A program made the position numbers and the translations under genes. A stretch of 64,000 bases of DNA from Felis catus (lineage: Eukaryota): assembly GCF_018350175.1 (NCBI RefSeq), contig NC_058368.1, forward strand, positions 122,638,001 to 122,702,000. The letters run 5' to 3'. Of this stretch, positions 36,521 through 49,950 are shown one piece after another; positions within the stretch are counted from its first letter, which is position 1; every line of letters starts with the position of its first letter. The notes under the pieces are model-generated. The model saw only the letters and a program-made list of their open reading frames with translations. It was not told the DNA's origin and did not search any database.

Positions 36521-38320
36521 AACCCTCTTTCACACACACTGACTTCCAAGTGTGCCTCTCAAACACAAACCTCTCTGCCCCGCTCGTGCACGCAAACCTA
36601 GTGGGCTCAGGTGTGTTCGTGTCAAAGCCGGGCTCTGATTTACAACAACACGCACCCGCACAGATGTACCAGACTCACAATCCTAGACTTTGCTTACCCA
36701 TAATCCCAGATTTGTCTCCTCCTCATCTTAGAATTGTCTCACAATTGTCCCCGCTTCTAGAATCTGCCTCACAAACCTGCACCCTCAAATAAAGAACCTC
36801 TGAATGGGTACCCTCTTCGCTGACGATCACAAAAGCCTGTAATTGACTCACAGACAAATCTACCCTCGAACCATTCTCACCTCATATTTAGCACCCTAGA
36901 TTTTGCTTTTTAAGCACCCATAATTTGCCTCCCAGACAATTACATTACAGGTCAAAGGCATGCACAGGTCCCCGGGTTGTGCCTTGCAGAATACTTCCAA
37001 TACCCTGTCCTTACACAACCAACCCATCGCTAATACCCCACAAGCTGACTCAAGCTCAGGTTTACGCCAGTCAGAACCCTCCACGTGGACTCACACATAA
37101 GCTAAGATTTACCTCAAAAATACACAACCAAAGACTTTGCCTTGCGCGTTACCTCAGTTCCACACAGATTTTGCTTATGTATATGTCTGCTCTCACAGCC
37201 TCATTCTCTTCCCCCTTGTCCACCCACATATACGCTAACCCAGACTTTGCCAGTAAACACAGAGTCCTCGAACCTGCAGAGCTCGTATGGTATCTGCACA
37301 CAGAGCCTAAATCAAGAATCTGCAGCGCCCACGTTAAACTAGGCCCCCTTTCAGAATTTCACTCCTTTAGTCATTCATCCAGTGTGAACTGAAGGCCTGC
37401 CGTGCTCTTCGCAAGATACTAAAGGGACAGTGTTTAACAAGGCAGATGGGGGCCTGTCCTCACCAAGAGTGTGGTCTCCAGCCACCCACCTAGGGAGCAC
37501 AATCAATCACTATTCCGCATGACATACTAAACTTTATTTTCTGAACCCCGCCACTACATCATAGACTTCATGAAGTCCAAGAGCTGGTCTGTTTAGTTTA
37601 CTATGAAATATCTTGAGTCCAGAACATCTGCAGGCACATAATAGGAGCTCCGTAAATCCTTTTTGAATAAATGGTAATGATAATAATAACAAGTGCAGCA
37701 ACAGGGAACATTTATGGAGCTGTTGCTGTGTGCCAGTCACTACTGTAATTGTGTCACATATAGTAACTCACTTAAAGCTCATCAGCATATGGCAGGCTTC
37801 TTTGTGCACACAGACACTATCTTTGAAGGCATCTGCAATCAATTTGGTCGACTGAAACTTGCAACCGCAATTTTGGAGAGTAACTAGGATGTTGGAAAAC
37901 GGGATTTCGATAGCAGGATCGTGACAGTCATGAAAAGTTGGGGGATGAGGTTGACCTGAACTCTGATCACAGACAAGTATGTCGACACAGGTTTTACTTG
38001 TCCCCCATCCCCATGAGGAGAAAGACACTTGCTTCATTCACTGCATGTGCTCTATCACATTATTCCTGATTTCTTTAGCAGACTGCCTCTGGGAAGCCGC
38101 CTCCTTCTTAACAAATGCTGGTGGCTGACAGACCCAGAAATTCATGTGACAGGTTGGTAATATAGGCTCTTCCATCCCTCTTTGCTCACACAGGTTACTT
38201 CCTTCCTCTTCCCTGTTACTTTCAAACTCTTCTTCACTCATTAACTCATTTACAGACTTTTAGGGGGACACTTGCTATGTGTCCAGCATTGTCCTGGGTT
38301 CCCTCCTCTGTGGAACATAA

Positions 38321-38400
38321 TTCTAATAGGGGCAAAGAGATGATAAATAAGAAAGATCAGTTCTAATAGGGGCAAAGAGATGATAAATAAGAAAGATCAG
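38321..38400. repeat. Perfect 2 x 40-bp tandem duplication
   Basis: TTCTAATAGGGGCAAAGAGATGATAAATAAGAAAGATCAG twice. Confidence 0.97.
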
Positions 38401-38457
38401 ATTGTCAATCATAAGAGTTATGAGACATAACATAGAGAAAAAGATAGCCAACTTTTA

Positions 38458-38672
38458 ATTTTTTTTTAACGTTTATTTATTTTTGAGAGACTGAGAGAGA
38501 CAGAGCACGAGTGGGGGAGGGGCAGAGGGAGAGGGAGACACAGAATACGAAGCAGGATGCAAGCTCTGAGCTGTCAGCACAGAGCCCGACACGGGGCTCG
38601 AACCCACGAACCACGAGATCATGACCTGAGCTGAAGTCGGACACTTAACCGAGTGAGCCACCCAGGGGCCCC
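38458..38672 (-). mobile_element. CanSINE
   Basis: TSD AAGATAGCCAACTTTTA. Confidence 0.9.
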
Positions 38673-40745
38673 TAAGATAGCCAACTTTTAGATTGTTTGG
38701 TCAGGAGAGTCTTCCCTCTCTGACTCCTCACAAACACCACGGGCACCAGCACGGTGCCCCATCAGCAAGGGCAACAATAAAGATGTTAGCTAACATTTAT
38801 TAGGACTTTATTCTGTGCCAGGCTCAGTGCTAAGGACTTTCCATACACTATCTTAAATTCTGATTAGTAATCTCTTAATTAATAATACTACAAGTCATGT
38901 ACTATTATTTCTGTTTTACTAGCAAGGAGGCTGAAGCTCTGAGTGAGTGCCCAGGTTGTGACAGAACCATAACTAGAAGGAAGATATGCGCAAAGAGTCT
39001 GAAGTTTCCTTTGAGAGGGGAACATTCTGAATGTAGATGCGTGCCTGTCTGTGCTTAGGTGTGTGGGCGCTTGGGCGTAGATAAGCCCCATCGCGGCAGC
39101 CACGTTGCCTCACAACTATGTCTGTTGCCATGCATAAGCTCCATAATTACATTTGTTGACAAAACATCACATCTGAAAGCCAACAGCTGCATATACACAT
39201 ATGTGTTTAATTAAGAGAGCAAGGCAGCCTTTAAAAGAAGACTAAAATGGGAATGGCTGATGTGACTCCATCCAACTTTGCAACTATGTGGCCTTAGGCC
39301 GAGTGTCTTACTTAACTTCTTGATGTCTTTCTGCTTCATATTTGCCTCACCCACCTAACGGGACTGTAAGGATTTCATTCCTTGAATAAACCATTGTGTT
39401 AAGAATTTCACATGCATTGCCTTAACCTTCACAACAACTCTGCAAATGTGGTGTGATTACTATCCTCATTTTACCAGGGGAGAAAATGAGGCCTACACAA
39501 GTTAAGTTTCTTGCCCAAAGTATCACACTAGCGTTTCAAGCTAGAATTCATTTCCCTGATAGCTGGTCCAGAGACTGTGCTCCTAAAAACCACCCCACGA
39601 CAGAGCTCTGTTCTAAGGATTCAGAGAGGTAATAACGGGAACACCAGAAGTAAGGTGTTAACAAATTGAAAAATCCTAAGTGTCCCAGCTGTTTGGGGGC
39701 AAAGGTAAACTTTAAGACAAACACTCACATAAAGAAATATCCCACCAGTGTCCTCCTAACAAAGGCATCACAGTTGCATGAACACCTGCTGATTTTATCA
39801 TGTCTGTCTCTAGCAAGGTAGAGGAAACATTACTTATGACAGTCACAAACATAAGGGCAGCTATATGTCTATGGCCACCTCAGGTCACTCTTTCCAGCGA
39901 AGGGTCTAAAACAATGCACAAATAGCAAGCTATTTCTATAACACGGGCAGCAAAATAGAGCTTTCAACTTGTCACACACCAGATCAAATGTGCACTTCCT
40001 GTAACTCTGCAGTAAATGACTTGCCACTTTGCATTGACATGACTTGTTATGTGAGCCCATGGCATATCCAATTATAACTTTAGGGAAATGTATTCTGGAG
40101 GCATCTTCTATTACCTATAGATCAGTGGAAGGCAGAGACTCCTCTATAGGAAGCAATATGTGCACGTGCAATCCTGATACAGCATAGAGTGTCTTTTATG
40201 GAAAATAAATTGTGCTGAATTCTTAAAAGCAAAAATCTATCCAACAGAAGATACGATATTCATACTAAGGTGGTGACTCCATACTTAAAATAAGGGGAGA
40301 ATAGAGGATTTATACAGTTTACCTTGACTCAACAGTGAACTTAAATATTTCTGATCAAAACCCATCCCATCTTTTCCATCCTTGAATTGCAGGAATTTGA
40401 ACCTTAGTTATTTCTATCCCATTTTAAGGGTACAGAGATGGGAAACATCATTTTTCACCCTTCAGATGACATATATGTATGAGGCAACCTTTGCAAGATA
40501 TTCAGCACTCTGCCTGACACACAATAGATGCTCAGGAAATATTAGTCCCCCGTTTCTTCAGGGTATATTTAGATGTGTCATTAATATCACAGAGTTCCTA
40601 ATGAGCTTGAACTTGTCCTGTAACTTTAGCTTTGTAGGATTTTATGGAACAAATTGAAATTATGATAATGTTTAGTATACATGTTAAAAAGTGACTTCTA
40701 TTTTCAATATACCTTCATCACACCTTAAGAATTCTGACAAACCTT

Positions 40746-40971
40746 GGGGCACCTGGGTGGCTCAGTCGGTTGAGCGCCCCACTCCAGCTTAGGTCATGAT
40801 CTCACAGTCTGTGAGTTCGAGCCCCGCATCAGGCTCTGTGCTGACAGCTCAGAGCCTGGAGCCTGCTTCAGATTCTGTGTCTCCCTCTCTCTCTCTGCCC
40901 CTCCCCCCGTTCATGCTCTGTCTCTCTCTGTCTCAAAAATAAATAAGAACATTTAAAAAAAAATTTTTTTA
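40746..40971 (+). mobile_element. CanSINE
   Basis: TSD AAGAATTCTGACA(A/G)ACC. Confidence 0.9.
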
Positions 40972-41047
40972 AAGAATTCTGACAGACCACTATTGAGAGT
41001 CAGCTCAATATTTGGTGACTAAAGTGTTCATTAGGAACCAAAAAACA

Positions 41048-41275
41048 GGGGGGCATTGGGTAACTCACTCTGTTAAGCATCTGACTCAATTTCATCTCAG
41101 GTCATGATCTCATGGTTTGGTTCTTGAGTTCGAGCCCTGCATCAGGCTCTGTGCTGATAGCATGGAGCCTGCTTGGGATTCTCAGTTTTCCTCTCTCTGT
41201 GCCTCCCCCATTCTCTCTCTCTCTCTTTCTCTCTCTCTTGCTCAAAATTAAATAAATATTAAAAAAAAAAAAAGA
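41048..41275 (+). mobile_element. CanSINE
   Basis: Head, CT tract, poly-A. Confidence 0.85.
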
Positions 41276-42790
41276 AACCCAAAACAGGTCATTTTTCAAA
41301 TATATACACAGTGTTAAAACCAGTTCATTAACATTTTTAATAATCCCAGTTGCGCATGCAGAAAAAACTCCTTTTATCTCATAAATATATGTATATAGGG
41401 AGAAAAATGAACAAGAATATATATCAAAATATTCATAAAAGGTGAGTTGTAGGATTATGAGTAAGTTCTAGTTTCTTATTTTACGCATTTCTATATTTTC
41501 CAAAATCTTTAGTGTGAGTTACTTTTATAAACAGAGAATGTTATTTTGCAATGTGTGTCCAGGATGTTATTTTAGATAAAAACACATTTATTGAGCATGT
41601 TGAAAATTGCTGATGGAGAATTATTGAACCCAGCTGTTGGCTCCCTACTGTATTCTGAAGATGTATGATCTAAAATGAAAAATCAAAGGAAAAGACAAAT
41701 AGACTCTTCATCAGAATCTAGTTGTCACCTCATGCAAAGTGAATCAGCAGGTGGACAAGTGAATGAGAAAATGATCATTACAGGGAGGACATGAAGTGAG
41801 GGTTTATAAATGTCCTTGAGGCAAATCCTTTCCACCAAAGGATTAGTTAATAAGACATGACATAATCACCTTCCTACTGAGGAGTTGTTGGCGTTTCCTT
41901 CCCAATTTTTATACCCTGAGCATCTCTCTTTGATGTTTCTATTCTCAAATGTTCAAAAGCCAATTCCAATCACAGGATTTCCTTTTGCCTTATGTGGGAA
42001 GGAGACAAATGTTAAGTAGTTGCTGACCAATATGATAAAACAGATATTCACCTCAAAGGCTCTGATGCTCTAGTTTCCTCAGTGCAGGTTCACAGGTACA
42101 ACTGACTGTCCTAAGTGAAAAATCTCTAAGTAAGGGACAGACAATAAATGAATTGTGGGGTAGAACAATATAAGGATAAGAATAATAACAACAACAAAAC
42201 AAAGACAAAAAAAAGCGATAATCTGTCCAACCTCTTTACTAGCTACCACAGTTCACAATACATTTCCAAGGTTTTAAAAAATGTATTCCTTTTGTTACTT
42301 TTCCAGCTACATTTCCTGGTTTTTGTCCATTGATGAAAGAATCACATTAGTTTTACATTATTGTTATGACAATCTCATTCTGATTATTGAAAATAAAAAT
42401 AATTCTCTTTTGCCATCTAAAGAGGAAAAAAAACAGTAATGAATCCTTTGTCTATTTTCCCTCCCTTCCTTCCTTCCTTTTCAATGAAAATTTCAAAACT
42501 ACAGAAAAGCAGATGGTCATATAACAAACTCCCATGTACTCTTTTAGAATTTGTAAATGTAACTTTTCATCATATTTTTCATGTATTTTCAAGAAACAAC
42601 ATATAACAGAGTTCAAGTGCCCCCCACTTATTCTACTCTCTCTTTTCTTCCCTCTGAAAAAGAACCACTGACCTGCATTAATCTCTCATATTTTTCTAGA
42701 GACTGCTATCTGTTCTAACTTGATTCTTTGATTCAGACTTTTAAAACTTGTGTCCTGCCAAATAAACTGTCCTTGTTTAATTATTTGCTT

Positions 42791-43022
42791 TTATTTATTT
42801 TTTTTAAGATTTTTTTTAACGCTTATCCATTTTTGAGAAACAGAGAGAGACAGAGCATGAGTGGGGGAGAAGCAGAGAGAGAGGCAGACACAGAATTCAA
42901 AGCAGGCTCCAGGCTCTGAGCAGTCAGCACAGAGCCCGATGCGGGACTCAAACTCACTGACAGTGAGACCATGACCTGAACTGAAGTGGGACACTTAACC
43001 AACTGAGCCACCCAGGTGCCCC
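42791..43022 (-). mobile_element. CanSINE
   Basis: TSD AATTATTTGCTTTTA. Confidence 0.9.
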
Positions 43023-46000
43023 AATTATTTGCTTTTAAAGAATAACCATGACATGGTTGATATACAGAAGCCCCGCACTCCTAGAAAGCTAAGACTTGCA
43101 GAAATAGAGTTTGTCCTGCTAGATGAAGGTAATCATATAACTCATGGACCAGGGCACTCATGCTATATGAGTAGGTGTGTGTCTTCAGATCACTGGGTTT
43201 CTGGATCAACAGATACTAGCTCTGTGAGAGGCAAGCTCAAAAACCAACCATTTTCCTCTTGAAGGGAATATTTTTGCTATTATCATGATTTGAGTGGCTC
43301 CAGGAAACTGGACGTAAAACTCGCTCTTAACATTGAAAAAGATAACTTTCATTTTAGCATCCCCTTGAGCATAAACTAAATAAATAATGGACAAAGAAAG
43401 GTAGTCAAATGAAATGACAATCTGAAAAGAGAAGCTTCTTTCATTCCAGACACAAATTTGCTGGCTCCACAAGACGAGGCCACATCCTGGCTCCAACTAA
43501 ATGGGTAACAGGCCAGAGTATAAATGACAGATACTAAGAGATATGGAAGAAAAAAAAAAAAAGGAAACATGGTGAATAATTCTTTCATTGAGAATGTTAT
43601 AGCTCTGTATAAATTCAGAAGACATAAATGCATTGGTAATGCCTTCTTACCCCAGTGCTTTTGTCTGAGTTCATTTTTCTGTTGATAAATAACTCCTTGT
43701 CTAGGCAGCTCCCTGGAACGCCTTATTCCTCCAGATCCCTCATAATTAAGATGAATGGATAGGAAATAGTATCCCGTCAATGTTTCAAGCTTTTATAGTG
43801 ATTTATATTGGAAACATGAAGGAAAAAATAAGGAGACAATTAGTTTAAGCATATAGCCCTAATTTCCTTTTCTTACCACAAAATATCAGTATTTACATGG
43901 AACATGATGAGTTTGAGAAAGTGACAGTATTTGAAGTCACAAAATCTGGACTACAATTATGGGTCCATCACTAGCTGAGTGAATTTGGGGGAATTACATT
44001 AATTCTCTCCTTCTGTTCCCTCATCAATAAAATGCGGATAAAAAGCTGTGGTATGAGAAAAAAAAAGTGAATTGTTGCATACCAACCTATAACTGCTTTC
44101 TACAAATAGTAATTGTTATTTTCTTCAGTGCTTGCCCCAGTTTCTAAGACTCCGTATGTAACAATCAACAGGTCTTGCATTAATGCTATCTGGAACTTTT
44201 GTTTTTCAACGGTAGATAGAACTATATGTAGTATATAGCTAACAATCACTAATCAGTCTTACATGTGATCGAAGTGAAAATTTTATTTTGGGAAACCAAG
44301 TCAGATTACCTCCTATTCCAATCCTAAAAGTTTTAGACATTTGTCCCCTAAAAGTATCCTAAACCAAAGGTATAGTCAGATGTATGCGTGAAACTTATTA
44401 TTATATAAAAATATACTAAAAATAATAAGATATGGATAAACACTTTTAAAGATTGATGTTTTAAAGCAGAGCCCACATTAAAATTTACTCCGTTTTGACT
44501 ATATGATGTCCAACAAGTTAATAATTCTTAATATCGGCTGGTCACTAGGAATTATAACATTTAAAGTACAATTCAACTTGCTGAAGTGTTTATTTCTTAC
44601 CAAAAAATATTCAGTGTGACTATACATCCAAATAATATACTACAAAATCATTAGTTGTATCAAAAAGGAGTTTTTGGCTATAAAATTTACACCTTCAAAA
44701 ATATATATTGCTGTCTTCTGCAATAAAATGGACTGAGCAGTTCCGGGAATAACTACAGTATATCAAGGTGGGCTAATCTAAACTCAAAACCATACATTTA
44801 TCAAATACATAAGTTAGGAGCATTTTCAAAAGAAAATCTGAGATTAAATACTATGTGAAAATTATAGTAGATTAATTATCTGATGAAGTATTTTATTTTT
44901 AATATAATCATTATTTTTATGGCTTAATTTTAGCTAAAAATTAATTGCGTTAAAAAATTTGAATGACTTAAGACAGATAGGATTCATAAAACATCTATAA
45001 CATTATGGTAAGTCTGGCAGATGTAGAACTTGAGAATTACCCTTTTAGCAAAACACAGTAAAGATGTAATATTGTTAGCTAGCTGGATTATTCATTGTAA
45101 CGGATATAATTTTTGACATTGGCTGGCAAATTCATAATTATTTACTTAAAAATTTAATAATCAGTAATTAAAATAATATAATCTTAAATCATATAATGAT
45201 GATTAATTTCACCGTTTACCAGTATCTTTTACATCTGGATCCTGAGAAATCTTTAATTGAGTACAAGGCATAAATGAAAATTCCTCATGGGGAAGGCAAA
45301 TCCAATTTTATTACAAACATAAGTATTTCTGTCGATCTTTAAGTACTCTTCTCAAAATTCTAGTATACTTGATGATACAGAAATCAGGTTTGCTTGCTTT
45401 GTTTTGTTTACCTTTGAAGACAGTGAATAATGTCTAAGAAACCACTTTGAAATGTGTCCTTGTGACAAAAAACAACTATGAATTTTTGAAAAAGCCTTTT
45501 TTTGTTCTTTTTTTTAAATCCAAAGATCAGTTCTGTTTGTTGTCCTAAAATAATTCAAATGCAGAAGAGACAAAATCTGAGCCAAGTCCAGTCCCCCTTA
45601 GCCAAGAGGAGAACAGAACTCTGCTGGAGTAACAAAAGGGAAACAGTCTGCTTAATCAATTCAATTCATTACATATGTAGTGAGTACTGATTTTTTGCCA
45701 AGGAATATTCAAGGTGTTGAGGGAGCTTAGCATACAGGAGATAAAACAAGTAGGGAAATCAAATGTTACTCAGACTGTAGTAAGTGTCACAAGAAGAAAA
45801 AGAGAACTACAGATCAAGAAAGGCCTTCTGAAAAGCAAACCACAAGTCACAAAGGGTGAGTTGGGTTTTGACAGAGGAAGATGGGTGAGGTCATTCCTGG
45901 CAGAGTTAGAAATGGGAAACAGTGAGCAGGCCTGCTTGGCTGGAAAGCACAATGCTTGTAGGGGAGTCATGGATGAGGCCAGGAAGAATGAACAGGGCTT

Positions 46001-46586
46001 GAATGTGGGGCACCCTGCATGAAAGCGAGAAACTTTTTGATTAAGAAAGTAGGTATATGCTGGTTCATACCTGCTTTGCAATACTAACCTTACCTACAGT
46101 CCTAAGTCCCTGGGCTTGATGCCCAGTGGCCTCTGTTCTATTACTTAAGACCTCAAAGCTTTTGTAGATACAAATTCTCCTGACAGTGAGCACTCCTGCC
46201 GCCGTCAGCCCCTGAATTTCCCGTCCCTTGCTGAGCAGGCTTGGGAGGTGCAGTGAAGGCTGGAGTGTGAAATCTCAATGTGTAGTGCAAGGAATATTTG
46301 GAGAAGGGGTTGGAACTCGGAGGCAAATTTTCACCATGGAAGCGGCAAGTTTCTAAATGAATCGGCAGTGTGTTCACGATAAGAGGTGATCTCTTGTTGT
46401 CTGGGGCTGTGGGTCGAGAGCAGTTGTTGCGAAATCAGAGATCCAATAACAGTGCAGAAAGCTCAGAGCTGTGACTGATGAGATGAGCAGATAGATGTCT
46501 GCTTTACTGGGGATGGGGTGTGAAATGGAAGATTAAATTATACACGGAGGCATCAAAGAAAGGTTTTCGTTGTCCCCGTATGAGAG

Positions 46587-47616
46587 TGTACTAGTTTTCT
46601 ATTGCTATGTAACAAATTTAGCAGCTTATTTATTTTTTAAAAGGGCTTTATTTTGGGGCACCTGGGTGGCTCAGTTGGTTGAGTGTCTGACTTCAGCTCA
46701 GGTCATGATCTCATGGTTTGCGAGTTCGAGCCCAACGATGGGCTCTGTGCTGACAGCTCAGAGCCTGGAGCCTGCTTCAGATTCTGTGTCTCCCTCTCTC
46801 TGCCCCTTTCCTGCTCATACTCTGTCTTCCTCTGTCTCTCAAAAATGAATAAACATTAAAAAAATTTTGTAAAGGTTTTATTTTTTTTTAATTTTTTAGA
46901 ATTTATTTGAGAAAGACAGATACAGTGAGATTGGGGAGGGGCAGAGAGAGAGACAGAATCCCAAGCAGGCTCCACTTGGGAGCCTAAAGTTGGGCTCGAA
47001 CTCACAAAACCATGAGATCATGATGTGAGCTGAAACCAAGAGTCCGACGCTCAACTGACGGAACCACCCAGATACCCCACAAATTTAGCGGTTTAAAACA
47101 ACACGGATTTGTTATCTCACTGTTTCCATGGGTCAAGAATTTGGGTACAAATTAACTGGGTCATCCATTCAGGTCTCAAGGATGAGATCTCAACTCAGGC
47201 TTGCAGTCCTTTTCCAAGTACATTGGTTGGTGACAGAATTTAGTTCTTAGCAGTTACAAGACTGCCAGACATTCTCTTGCTGACTATCAGTCTGGGGGGA
47301 CTCCCAGCTCCTAGAAACCACCCTAATGTCCTTGTCATGTGACCCCCTTCAAAGGCAATTCACAACATGGCTGTTTGCTTCTTCCAGCTCAGCAGGACAT
47401 TCTCATTTTCAGTCCCTGACCTCTTTTCAAGTCTCATCTGATTAGGTAAGACCCACTCAGGATTATCTCCCTACCTTAAAATCAATTGATTAAGAGCCTT
47501 AATTACATCTGCAACATCATTGCAGCACCAAGATTAATTGTTGAATAACTGGGAGAATGTGTATACAACCAGAGTAGTGGGACAGTTGGGAGCCATACTA
47601 GAATTTTGCTAGTCAC
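46587..47616 (-). mobile_element. MaLR LTR (MLT1E/F-like) interrupted by two nested SINEs
   Basis: TGTACTAGTTTTCTATTGCTATGTAACAAATT start; TTAATTACATCTGCAA and GGGAGCCATACTAGAATT...CACA end. Confidence 0.7.
46628..47078. mobile_element. Plus-strand CanSINE (~46655-46870) inserted in the tail of a minus-strand CanSINE
   Basis: Outer TSD ACAAATTTAGC(A/G)G; inner TSD-like AAAGG(GC/T)TTTATTTT. Confidence 0.85.
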
Positions 47617-47865
47617 AAAGAGTCACGCCAGAATCTTTAATATGTGAGAATTCCATACCGATGCCCTTATTCTATAGGGAAAGTTGTTGAAAAGTGGGCC
47701 AGCCCAACCATTTCTTGTATGTCTATACAACTCAGTTTAGCACACAGTGCTTGAAATTTTACTATCTGTTAAAATAGCTACATTTGTAATATTTGATGAT
47801 GGTTATATGATCATTTGATTCAAAATTATATATATATATATATATATATGTACATATATATATAT

Positions 47866-47904
47866 TTTTTTTTTGAGAGAGAATGAGAGATGTGGAGAAG
47901 TCAC

Positions 47905-47953
<49 letters not shown>

Positions 47954-48322
47954 AATCTTTTATTTATTTTTTTTTATTTTTTTTTAACATTTATTTATTT
48001 TTGAGACAGAGAGACAGAGCACGAACAGGGGAGGGGCAGAGAGAGAGGGAGACACAGAATCTGAAACAGGCTCCAGGCTCTGAGCTGTCAGCACAGAGCC
48101 CGACGCGGGGCTTGAACTCACGGACCATGAGATCATGAACTGAGCCGAAGTCGGACGCTTAACCGACCAAGCCACCCAGGCGCCCCAAGAGAGACAAATC
48201 TTAATCAGGCTCCATGCTCAGCGCAGAACCCAACTCGGGGCTGGATCTACAACCCTGGGACTATGACCTGAGTCAAATACAAGAGTCAGACACTCATCCT
48301 CCTGAGCCACCCAGGTGCCCCC
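47866..48322 (-). mobile_element. CanSINE (~47960-48186) nested in an older CanSINE at its GA tract
   Basis: Inner TSD GAGAGACAAATCTT on both sides; (TA)n tail and (GA)n tract. Confidence 0.85.
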
Positions 48323-49364
48323 CAAATTGTATTTTAATAAAAGAATTTTACGATGTAATATTCAGGGTACCAGCACAAATGCACAAAATGATATTATAGT
48401 GTCTAGTAATATACAATAATGTATATACCAAATTAAATCAAATGTTTTGTCTGTTTTTGAGAGCCCTGTGGAACAGTGGGAGAGTGCATTAGGGATCTAG
48501 ATTTCATTTCAGGCAGCATCAGTTACTAACAGAGTGCTCTCAGGCAGCCCATTCCAGTCCTCTGAATCTCTACAATTTGTACAATGAAACAATAAACCTA
48601 ACAGACTTACCTATTTTGCAATGTTGCTATAAGGATCAAGCAAGAATGCTGTTAGGATGAAGTGATAATGGTTGTAGAAATGTATATAATACAGAAATTC
48701 ATGTAAAACCTAGGGAGAAACTCCTAGGCAAAATCTTGATGAATTACTAGCTGGGCAAGGCCCTCCAAATATTTAAGCCAGAGGAGTCAAATATTGTGAG
48801 CCAGAACAGTGACAGACTCCTGCAACACAATAAAATAATTCTACCAGCAATGCAACCTTCAGATGCAGCCTCAGCAGCCCCTTTCCTTTTGAGGTGGGCT
48901 TCAAACATTATCATGATAAGGCTCAGAAGTGGTCTAAAGTTGAAGACTTGAGAACATAATTCAAGTGCACATGGCTAAGTCTCCAGGCTCCTCTCCAGGA
49001 GATACCCTTGCAAGGCATTTTCCATTGAGTTGAAATATAAGTTTCTTCTTTTCTTGTATCTTGTTAAAAGGGAATGATGGAATTGCATTGAGGAAGATAA
49101 ACAAATTCTACCTGTTATACATGCTGTGAAAGTTAAGTGCTAGTCCAAAAATAATTTCTATGATTCCTACTGCATCTGACTTAATAGCATCCATCCTAAT
49201 GATTAGCCAATTACAGCCGCATCCAGCCCAGTGCCTATTTTCCTGTGCCATACAACTTAAGAATGTTTTTTACACTTTTAAATAGTTGAAAAAAAATCAA
49301 AAGATTTCATGATGTATGAAAATCACATGATTTGATTTTCAATGTTTAAAGTTTTCTAGGAGGA

Positions 49365-49601
49365 GGGGCGCCTGGGTGGCACAGTCGGTTAAGCGTCCGA
49401 CTTCAGCCAGGTCACGATCTCGCAGTCCGTGAGTTCGAGCCCTGTGTCGGGCTCTGGGCTGATGGCTCAGAGCCTGGAGCCTGTTTCCGATTCTGTGTCT
49501 CCCTCTCTCTCTGCCCCTCCCCCGTTCATGCTCTGTCTCTCTCTGTCCCAAAAATAAATAAACGTTGAAAAAAATATTTATAAAAAATAAAAATAAAAAA
49601 A
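49365..49601 (+). mobile_element. Young SINEC_Fc
   Basis: Perfect 18-bp TSD TAAAGTTTTCTAGGAGGA (49347-49364, 49602-49619). Confidence 0.95.
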
Positions 49602-49726
49602 TAAAGTTTTCTAGGAGGACAGTCATACTTATTTATGTATTGCCTATGACTGCTTTCACACTGGAATGACAGAGATGAATAATTGCAACAGGGACTGCAC
49701 CATCCACAAAACTGAAAATATTTTCT

Positions 49727-49950
49727 GGGGCACCTGGGTGGCTCAGTCGGTTAAGTGCCCGACTTCAGCTCAGGTCATGATCTTACTGTCTGTGAGTTCG
49801 AGCACCATGTCAGGCTCTGTGCTGACAGCTCAGAGCCTGGAGCCTGCTTCAGATTCTGCGTCTCCTTCTCTCTCTGCCCCTCCCCTGCTTTCTCTCTGTC
49901 TCTGTCTCTCTCAAAAATAATAAACATCAAAAAAATTTAAAGAAAAAAAG
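49727..49950 (+). mobile_element. CanSINE
   Basis: Typical head/body/tail; TSD GAAAATATTT. Confidence 0.9.

Noticed and set aside
35587..36566. Long overlapping ORFs in the CpG island (257, 187, 189, 167, 149 aa)
   Set aside because: Stop-poor GC-rich DNA, mostly non-ATG starts and Arg/Gly/Pro/Ala-biased translations. An in-frame TGA just upstream of the DPYSL3 ATG also excludes an N-terminal extension.
36925..37392. 155-aa ORF divergent from the promoter
   Set aside because: Non-ATG start and no recognisable homology; compositional skew explains the lack of stops.
154..44749. Four TTCCNGGAA STAT-type motifs (154, 22345, 34292, 44741)
   Set aside because: Widely scattered, and about one is expected by chance in 64 kb; too weak without ChIP data.
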